This document shows, piece after piece, positions 57,691 to 64,000 of a stretch of DNA of 64,000 nt. A model generated the notes under the pieces. The model ran no database searches, was not told the DNA's origin, and saw only the letters and a list, made by a program, of their open reading frames with translations. Position 1 is the first letter of the stretch. Every line of letters begins with the position of its first letter. This DNA is from Tepidisphaera sp. (GTDB lineage Bacteria > Planctomycetota > Phycisphaerae > Phycisphaerales > UBA1924). The translations under genes and the position numbers were made by a program. The stretch is taken from positions 352,001 through 416,000 of the forward strand of contig CP051526.1 of the NCBI GenBank assembly GCA_050916045.1. The letters are read 5' to 3'.

Positions 57691-59333
57691 CGGGCGGGGG
57701 GAGTGTATTCGAGCGCGGTGAAGGCTTCGCGGTTGCGTTTACGGTCGCCGTCGAGCTTGCCGTGCGGGGTGACGGATGTGAAGCCCCAGGACCAGTCCTG
57801 ATCGGCGTCGCCGAGAAGGACGGCGGAGCGGCCGGCGAGCGCGGGGTTGGAAAGGTCGGTGTGCGACCAGAGGTCGTATTGGCTCTTGCGGCCGCCCATG
57901 CGGCTTCCGGAGCAGTAGACGGTGGGGTGGCCGGGGAGGTAGAACGCGAGCTGGCTGGCGCGGCCGTAGAACTGCGAGATGACGAGGGGTTCGACGTTCG
58001 GGGCTTGCGTGCGAAGGTCGGTCTGAAGGCGGGCGACGTGGGCGGCCATCTGGTCGGCGCCCATGAGGCGGGAGATGGGGATCCGCGGGCCGATCGCGGG
58101 GAGTTTGGCGAGGAGGTCCATCCGGAGGATGCCCAAGCCGGCGATGAGGCCGAAGACGAGCGTGGCGTGCCAGGCGATCTGGGCGACGGATTCGGGCTCT
58201 TTGCGGAGGAATCCGGCTTTGGGCTTGGGAGCGGGGAGCGCGGCCCATGCGCGGCGGGCGGCGAGCACGCTTTCCATGCCATGGACGACGCTCCACGCGG
58301 CGAGGACGGTGAGCGTGGTGTATCCGGCGAAGGCCCAGTTTCCTTCGGGCTCGGTGACGAAGCTGACGCCGAGGTAAAGCAGAATGATGGGGGCGCCGCA
58401 GCACGCGAGAAAGAGGCGCGGAGCACCGGGGCCCAGGGCTCGCCATCCGGTGAGGGCGAGCACGAGCATCGGGCCGGCGAGAGCGATCTGGGTGCCGATG
58501 AACTCGAGGGTCCACGAGGGGTCGTAGTGATAGCCGGAAGCGGACTGCGTCGGCTTGACGTCGCCGCCGGAGAGCCCCAGGTGCCCGAGGAGGTGCCGGG
58601 CGGTGGGCCAGTCGCGCTGGGCGTTCCAGATGATGTTGGGGAGCAGGCCGAGCAGCGAGACCGCGGCGATGATGACGGCTTTGGTGCGGGGAGAACGCAG
58701 CGTCGGCGAGCCGGCGGGCTTGACGAGAATCGCGAAGGCGAGCAGGCCGGGAAGCAGGAGCACCATCGTGTGTTTAAACGTGAGGCCCGCGGCCGCGGCG
58801 AGGCCGGCACCGACGACCCATCCGAGCCCGTTCCGCGTGCACGCCCGCCACGCGAGCCAGGCCGTCAGCGACCAGCACGCCGCGTACGGCATGTCGATCG
58901 TCATGAGCAGGCTTGTGGATTGGAAGAGCGGGACGAGTTGGAAGACGGCGGCCGCGAAGAAACCCGCTCGCTTATCGGGAAGCGTGTCGCGTGCGAGCCC
59001 GGCGAGCGAGAGGGCCGCAAGGGCGCTGCAGAGCACGGCGGGGAGCCGCACCGCGAACTCGGTATTGCCGAAGAGCGAGGTCGAAGCGGCGATGAGCGCC
59101 GCGATCCCCGGTGGTTTGCTGTAGTACGACCAGTCCAGATGACGCGACCATTCCCAGTAGTGGGCTTCATCCTCGAGCAGCGTGTACGGGCAGAGCCACG
59201 CGAGGTAGGCGATGCGGGCGAGGGAAAACGCGAGGATGAGCAGAAGCACCGACCGCCACGAGGCCGCCCAAGGCGCGAAAAGCGTCGAGCCTGTGCTTGT
59301 GGCCGCTTGTGATGGAGGTGCGTCGGGTTTCAC
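57687..59333 (-). CDS. GT-C fold glycosyltransferase (ArnT/Rgt/PMT_2 family)
   Basis: DEAHYWEWSRHLDWSYYSKPP, FAVRLP, TIDMP, FKHT, PNIIWN; many TMs. Confidence 0.88.
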   Translation of the reverse strand: MKPDAPPSQAATSTGSTLFAPWAASWRSVLLLILAFSLARIAYLAWLCPYTLLEDEAHYWEWSRHLDWSYYSKPPGIAALIAASTSLFGNTEFAVRLPAVLCSALAALSLAGLARDTLPDKRAGFFAAAVFQLVPLFQSTSLLMTIDMPYAACWSLTAWLAWRACTRNGLGWVVGAGLAAAAGLTFKHTMVLLLPGLLAFAILVKPAGSPTLRSPRTKAVIIAAVSLLGLLPNIIWNAQRDWPTARHLLGHLGLSGGDVKPTQSASGYHYDPSWTLEFIGTQIALAGPMLVLALTGWRALGPGAPRLFLACCGAPIILLYLGVSFVTEPEGNWAFAGYTTLTVLAAWSVVHGMESVLAARRAWAALPAPKPKAGFLRKEPESVAQIAWHATLVFGLIAGLGILRMDLLAKLPAIGPRIPISRLMGADQMAAHVARLQTDLRTQAPNVEPLVISQFYGRASQLAFYLPGHPTVYCSGSRMGGRKSQYDLWSHTDLSNPALAGRSAVLLGDADQDWSWGFTSVTPHGKLDGDRKRNREAFTALEYTPPAR

Positions 59334-59336
59334 GGT

Positions 59337-61046
59337 TCAGTGGCGTGCGACCGAGCGGAATGAGAGGAGCGTGTAGGCGGCGAGACCGACGACGCCGGCC
59401 CAGAGCAGGATCAGACCGCTCTCGCCGCTTGAATGCGTGGTCTGTTGGCCGCCGGCGATGGTGATGTAGCAGAGAAGGGCGGGGAGAAACGACCAGAGGT
59501 AGACCGCGAGGGGCTGGCTGAGGGAGAGGCGGAGAGCAACGACCGCTCCGGTCACGATCATGAGCAGGCAGCAGACGGCCTGGGCCCAGCGTTCGTGCTG
59601 CTTGCTCGTGACTTCGTTCTGGAGGTCGCGTTCCTTGCGGCGGAGGTCCTCGGCGGCGTTCTTGACGGGCGTCGGATCGCCGCGGGTCTCTTTCGCGGTT
59701 GATTCGGCGGCGGCGAGCAGTTCGGGGACGCTCAGACGCTGCAAGCTCTCGAGGGTCTCGGCTTTGGGGCTCAGCCCGCTGAGCGTCCAGTCCTTGCGTG
59801 ATCCCTGCTCATCCTCTTCGCCGCCGGCACCGATGGCGACCATGCGGCCCTCGGGCGTCTCGAACTTGAACTGGAGGGCGGGGCCGGTGATCTCTTCCGC
59901 GGGCGCGGCGAGGAGCTTGAGCCCGGAAGCTTCCACCCGCATCGCGCCGCCCGATCCGCGAGCGTCGCCCTTGGCGGCGGTGCGGGCGAGGGGCGTCGTG
60001 GTCATGCTCTTGGGCGGGTTGACGCGATAGACGCCCGGCGGGTCGGCGGGGTCGTGCACGAGGCCGGAGGTCTGCACGGTCACGGTGCGGCCGTCCTGCT
60101 CGGAGAGGACGATGCGTCCCAGGTCGCGGGCTTGCTTCTCAAGGTCGTCGATCACGCGGAGCCGTGCGGTCTCGAGCGCGAGGGTGCGGCGGCGGCGCTC
60201 GATGAAGTTCAGGCTTTCTGGCTTGGTGCGAAGCTCGCGGAGTTCGCCGAAGGTGAGGAACTTGGGGTCGTCTTCGAACGCGTCGGGGATCTCGGCGGCG
60301 AAGGGCGCCGAGTCGGTACGGATCATCGCCCGGTCGCGGTCGCGGCCGACAAGGTTCTTGGCGCGGCATTCGACGCGGGTCATCGTCGTGGTCTGCGAGC
60401 CCGCGGGGCGGTCGACGCGCGAGAGCGTGACGTAGACCCATTCGGCGGTGCCCTGCATGACGGGCTTGTCCTGCCCATCGAACTCCACGACCACGGCTTT
60501 GCTGAGGGCGAAGCGCTCGATGCCGTCGTCGCGGCCGCTCTCGGGCTCGAGCCGGAGCGCATCCTCGGCATAGACAAGCCGGTTTCCCAGAGCGAGGGAT
60601 TCGCCCCGGTTGACCGACTTGACGAGCATGCGGGCGACGTCGAGCGTGATCATCTTCTGCATCGACCGCCAGAACCGCGGGATGACCTGCTCGTTGAGTG
60701 CTGCGAGCGAGCACGCGAGGACGAGGCCGACGACCACCGCCGGGATAAGGAGCGCCCGGTGGCTGATCCCGCTCGCTCCGGCCGCCTGGGCTTCGTTGTC
60801 GGTCGCGAGCCGGTGGTAGACGAGGGTCGCCGCAAAGCAGCTCGCGAAGGGCAGGGAGTACGCGAGCATCGGAAGGATCGTGTACGCCATGAAGACCGGG
60901 ACATCGGCGGGGGCAAGCTTGCCGTCGGCGAGGAATTTGATGCTCGCGGCGAAGCTCAGCACCAAGACGAGCACGCCCGTGGTGACCACGAGCAGCTTGA
61001 CCAGTTCGGCGGTGATGTGCCAGAGCAGAGTCGTCGGGAGACGCAT
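59337..61046 (-). CDS. lptF: LptF/LptG family LPS export permease (LptF-like)
   Basis: YSLPF, YHRLATDNE..A..ASGIS, large periplasmic domain, C-terminal 3 TM. Confidence 0.8.
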   Translation of the reverse strand: MRLPTTLLWHITAELVKLLVVTTGVLVLVLSFAASIKFLADGKLAPADVPVFMAYTILPMLAYSLPFASCFAATLVYHRLATDNEAQAAGASGISHRALLIPAVVVGLVLACSLAALNEQVIPRFWRSMQKMITLDVARMLVKSVNRGESLALGNRLVYAEDALRLEPESGRDDGIERFALSKAVVVEFDGQDKPVMQGTAEWVYVTLSRVDRPAGSQTTTMTRVECRAKNLVGRDRDRAMIRTDSAPFAAEIPDAFEDDPKFLTFGELRELRTKPESLNFIERRRRTLALETARLRVIDDLEKQARDLGRIVLSEQDGRTVTVQTSGLVHDPADPPGVYRVNPPKSMTTTPLARTAAKGDARGSGGAMRVEASGLKLLAAPAEEITGPALQFKFETPEGRMVAIGAGGEEDEQGSRKDWTLSGLSPKAETLESLQRLSVPELLAAAESTAKETRGDPTPVKNAAEDLRRKERDLQNEVTSKQHERWAQAVCCLLMIVTGAVVALRLSLSQPLAVYLWSFLPALLCYITIAGGQQTTHSSGESGLILLWAGVVGLAAYTLLSFRSVARH

Positions 61047-61166
61047 CGGGTCATTGTTGGCGTGCGGCGTTCACTCCGCGTGGGCAGGGCGAAAGTCCTC
61101 ACGAGCCCGGCCCGGGGCGCGGAGTTCGCCGAGAATCGTGGCTCGCGAGGAGCGATGCGGCCGGCT

Positions 61167-62798
61167 TTACTTCCGGGAGACTTCGACTTTGCCGCCGGCG
61201 ACGTCCTTGATGGCCAGGCCCATCGCGGCGAGTTCGTCGCGGATGGCGTCGGAGGCTTTGAAGTCCTTGGCGGCTTTCGCGACGGCGCGCTTCTCAAGCA
61301 GGGCTTCGATCGCGTCGCTGGGGGTCGCGCCGGCGAGGTAGACGGCGCGACCGGTGGCGACGGCTTTGGCTTTCTCGCGTTCGAGGACGCCCAGAACGGC
61401 GTCAAACTCGCGCATGAGCGCGGCGTCCTCGGTGCCGGGGTTCTGCACGCCGCTTGCGAACTTGTTCACCTCGGCGATGGCGGCGGCGACATTGAGGTCC
61501 GCGTGCATGGCGTCGGCGAAGCGGAGCTTTGCTTCATCGCGGAGGCCCTGGCCGGCCGGGTTGGCCCCGGTGCCTGCCGCGACGCGGCGCCAGCGTTCGA
61601 CGATGCGGGCGGAGTCGGCCAGGCCCTGCAGGGTGAAGTTCGCGTTGGTGCGGTAGTGGGTCTTGATGAGCTCCAGGCGGATCGTCGCGGGTTCGAAGGG
61701 CTGCCGCGAGGCGTTTCCGGCGAAGAGGTCGCGTGCGGTGTAGAAGTTTCCCTTGCTCTTGGACATCTTCTGGCCCTCGATGAAGAGGTGCCGCGGGTGG
61801 AACCACATCCGGGCGAACGTCCCGCCCGCGGGGGAGGCGCAGAACGCGCACGCCGACTGCGCGATCTCGCACTCGTGGTGCGGGAAGATGTTGTCCTCGC
61901 CGCCGGAGTGCAGGTCGATCTGCGCGGGGCTTGCACCCGGCGTGGCAAGAGCGGCCGCGAGCCCGCCGTCGATCAAGCGCCGCGCGGCCATCACGGTGCA
62001 CTCGATGTGCCAGCCCGGATATCCCGCGCCCCACGGGCTGTCCCACTTCATGATGTGGCTCGCGTCTTCCTTCCAAAGCAGGAAGTCGGCGGGGTGCTCC
62101 TTGGTGGACTGGTTGTCGGCGGAGACGCGGCCACCCTCGCCCTCGCGGAGGTGATCGAGCGTGTTGCCGCTGAGTCGGCCGTAGTTCTCAAAGCTCTTGA
62201 CCCGGAAGTAGACCGCTCGCGAACCCGCCGGGCCCGCGGCGTACGCGTGTCCGCGCGCAATCAGCGCCTTGACCACCTCGATCATCCCGTCCACGTTCGC
62301 TGTCGCGAAGGGCATGACCGTGGGGTCCGTCTGCTGGTCGAGAGCGACCTTAAGCCCGAGCGCTCGCGCGTCTTCGAGGAACCGGTTCGCGTAGAACTTC
62401 GCGATGGTGTAAGGGTCTTTGGGGTCGATCTCGACGCCCGCGGGGAGAGCGCCGGATTTCTTGGCTTCGGCGAGGCGTTTGCCGGCGACGGCCATGCGGT
62501 CTTCGCCGTTCTCGCCGCCTTCGGCGTCATCGGTCATGTGGCCGACGTCGGTGATGTTCATGACGTGGGTGACGCGCCTGGGGCCGCGGTGCGGCTTGCC
62601 GTCAGGGCCGGTGAGCTCGCAGAGCGGGCTTTCGACGAACCGGCGGAGGACGTCGGCGGCGAGGAAGGACCGGAAGTTGCCGACGTGGGCGTCGTCGTAG
62701 ACGGTGGGGCCGCAGGTGTAGAACGTGACGTGGCCGGGGTCTCTGGGGGTGAAAGCCTCGGGCCGCTTGGTCAGCGTGTTGTAGAGCGTGAGGGGCAT
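61167..62798 (-). CDS. cysS: Cysteine--tRNA ligase
   Basis: YTCGPTVY, HVGN, NITDVGH, DFLLWK, PGWHIEC, FPHHECEIAQ, KMSKS. Confidence 0.97.
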   Translation of the reverse strand: MPLTLYNTLTKRPEAFTPRDPGHVTFYTCGPTVYDDAHVGNFRSFLAADVLRRFVESPLCELTGPDGKPHRGPRRVTHVMNITDVGHMTDDAEGGENGEDRMAVAGKRLAEAKKSGALPAGVEIDPKDPYTIAKFYANRFLEDARALGLKVALDQQTDPTVMPFATANVDGMIEVVKALIARGHAYAAGPAGSRAVYFRVKSFENYGRLSGNTLDHLREGEGGRVSADNQSTKEHPADFLLWKEDASHIMKWDSPWGAGYPGWHIECTVMAARRLIDGGLAAALATPGASPAQIDLHSGGEDNIFPHHECEIAQSACAFCASPAGGTFARMWFHPRHLFIEGQKMSKSKGNFYTARDLFAGNASRQPFEPATIRLELIKTHYRTNANFTLQGLADSARIVERWRRVAAGTGANPAGQGLRDEAKLRFADAMHADLNVAAAIAEVNKFASGVQNPGTEDAALMREFDAVLGVLEREKAKAVATGRAVYLAGATPSDAIEALLEKRAVAKAAKDFKASDAIRDELAAMGLAIKDVAGGKVEVSRK

Positions 62799-62824
62799 CG
62801 CCGATGGTAGTAGGGGCCTGGTGC

Positions 62825-62864
62825 AAAAAGACCGCCGACCGCCGGAAGGTCCGGCGGTCGGCGG
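62825..62864 (-). terminator. Intrinsic terminator
   Basis: Perfect 15-bp stem CCGCCGACCGCCGGA/TCCGGCGGTCGGCGG followed by TCTTTTT on the minus strand. Confidence 0.85.
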
Positions 62865-62894
62865 GAAAGGTCGTGTCGCTGAAAGTGCGGCTGA

Positions 62895-64000
62895 TCAGCA
62901 GCCGGCTTCGTACGCCTGCACGAACGCGTCGTAGTCGAAGAAGTCGGCGAAGTTGTCGCCGTTGTAGTCCGCCGTGCGGCCCGCGGGGCATGCTTCGCCC
63001 TCAAAGCACGCGACATAAGCGTCGTAGTCAAAGAAGTCGAGCACGCCGTCCCCGTTGAAGTCGGCCGAGCACGGGAAGCCGGCCGGGACCGGTACCGTCA
63101 CCGCGACCGATGAGCCCGTGCCGGGCTTGAACAGCGGGATCGAAGCCGCGCCGTCCACCGGGCCCGAGTTGGCCGTGAACCACATCGTGTAAAGCGTGCC
63201 CCAGCGGAGCGCGTTGGCGTTGGGGTTCTGTGCGAACGTCTGATCGACGCTCCACCCCGCTTGGCCGCTCGCGGCCGACCAAGCCCAGTCGTTGCCGTTG
63301 TATGGCTCGCCGGAGTGGTGGGGGACGTCGCGGAACCCGACGTTCGTGAAGGTGACGCCGCGGTTGAGCGGCAGGCGGAAGCCGGCACCGGAACGGTCCG
63401 AGTTCATGTTGCGGACGACGTACGTGTACGTCCACGTGCCGTTCCCGTTGTTGACGACCTTGGAGCCAACCTCGAACCGGCAGTCCAGATCGTTCTGGAC
63501 GTAGTCCGCGTTGGCGACGGTCACGGTCGGATCAACCTCGCGCCATGCCCACACGGCGGACTTCTGGCGGACGGTCGAGCCGGCCCACTGCGGAGCCGTT
63601 GTCGCGCTCGTGAACCGCATGCGGCGGTACGAAGCGTTGTTCAGGCCGTTGCCCCACTGGGCGTCGTCCTGCGTCACGTACTGGGCTTCGGCGAAGTAGA
63701 ACGCTTCCGCGTTCAACGCCGGATCGATCTCGGAGGTCAGCACCTGCAAGCGGCGGTCGATGGTCGTCGTCGGCGTCGGGCCGCCGAAGGGGTACGCGAA
63801 GACGCCCGTGGTCGCGTTGACCTCCGAACGCGGGCCCAAGCCGCCCTGGCTGCCGTTCAGGCCCGAGCCGTACGGATCCGAGCAACCCACGCCCAGCTGC
63901 GTCGAGCCGCCCGGCGGGTTGATGCACGTCGCGCACAGGTCGCCGTTCACCGAGGAGAACCCGTGCTTGACCCAGCTCTGCCCGATCTGCTCGAGGCGGC
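62895..64000 (-). CDS. 5'-truncated protein with C-terminal dockerin-like GC domain
   Basis: Frame open to the window edge (RLEQIGQSWVKHGF...); tag at 62895-63071. Confidence 0.8.
   Translation of the reverse strand, partial: RLEQIGQSWVKHGFSSVNGDLCATCINPPGGSTQLGVGCSDPYGSGLNGSQGGLGPRSEVNATTGVFAYPFGGPTPTTTIDRRLQVLTSEIDPALNAEAFYFAEAQYVTQDDAQWGNGLNNASYRRMRFTSATTAPQWAGSTVRQKSAVWAWREVDPTVTVANADYVQNDLDCRFEVGSKVVNNGNGTWTYTYVVRNMNSDRSGAGFRLPLNRGVTFTNVGFRDVPHHSGEPYNGNDWAWSAASGQAGWSVDQTFAQNPNANALRWGTLYTMWFTANSGPVDGAASIPLFKPGTGSSVAVTVPVPAGFPCSADFNGDGVLDFFDYDAYVACFEGEACPAGRTADYNGDNFADFFDYDAFVQAYEAGC

Noticed and set aside
60054..62810. Long antisense ORFs (60054..62810, 9408..11051, 15936..17492, 19399..21525, 54317..55864 and others)
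   Set aside because: They mirror well-supported genes on the other strand, as expected from high-GC3 codon bias, and show no independent motifs
18496..63071. Recurring DNA repeat (GACTTCTTCGACTACGAC-like) as a CRISPR, REP or DGR element
   Set aside because: Copies are in-frame coding for DFFDYD with synonymous variation; no spacers, cas genes or reverse transcriptase in the window

Overview
GC-rich bacterial chromosomal window, most likely from a Planctomycetota genome of class Phycisphaerae (inferred from the repeated C-terminal dockerin-like '...GC-stop' domain, a DUF1559/H-X9-DG prepilin-like protein, an HTH-receiver regulator and scattered housekeeping genes). It holds about 57 CDSs, one interrupted gene and tRNA-Thr(TGT). 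Contents: an MSHA-like type IV pilus/T2SS-family operon headed by a PilZ gene; anmK-murQ; a lower-GC two-gene insert encoding an 18-Cys secreted protein with an aerolysin-like hairpin signature plus a TPR protein; nfeD-flotillin; dispersed housekeeping genes (mnmA, hmgA, priA, carA, recX, hbd, ppx, prpB, fmt, map, trpA, cysS); and an lptF-glycosyltransferase-PAP2-lptG operon. Main observations: (1) six unrelated secreted proteins share a Cys-bracketed double Ca-loop C-terminal tag ending in GC, suggesting a lineage-specific sorting or anchoring system; (2) 13 genes have a TANNNT hexamer 5-8 nt before the start codon, suggesting pervasive leaderless transcription; (3) a sigma28-like bipartite motif with identical spacing lies upstream of the pilus operon and two regulators; (4) a phosphoesterase gene is split by a single in-frame TGA. 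No CRISPR array, integrase or transposase was seen. All family assignments come from motif recognition by eye, not from database searches.
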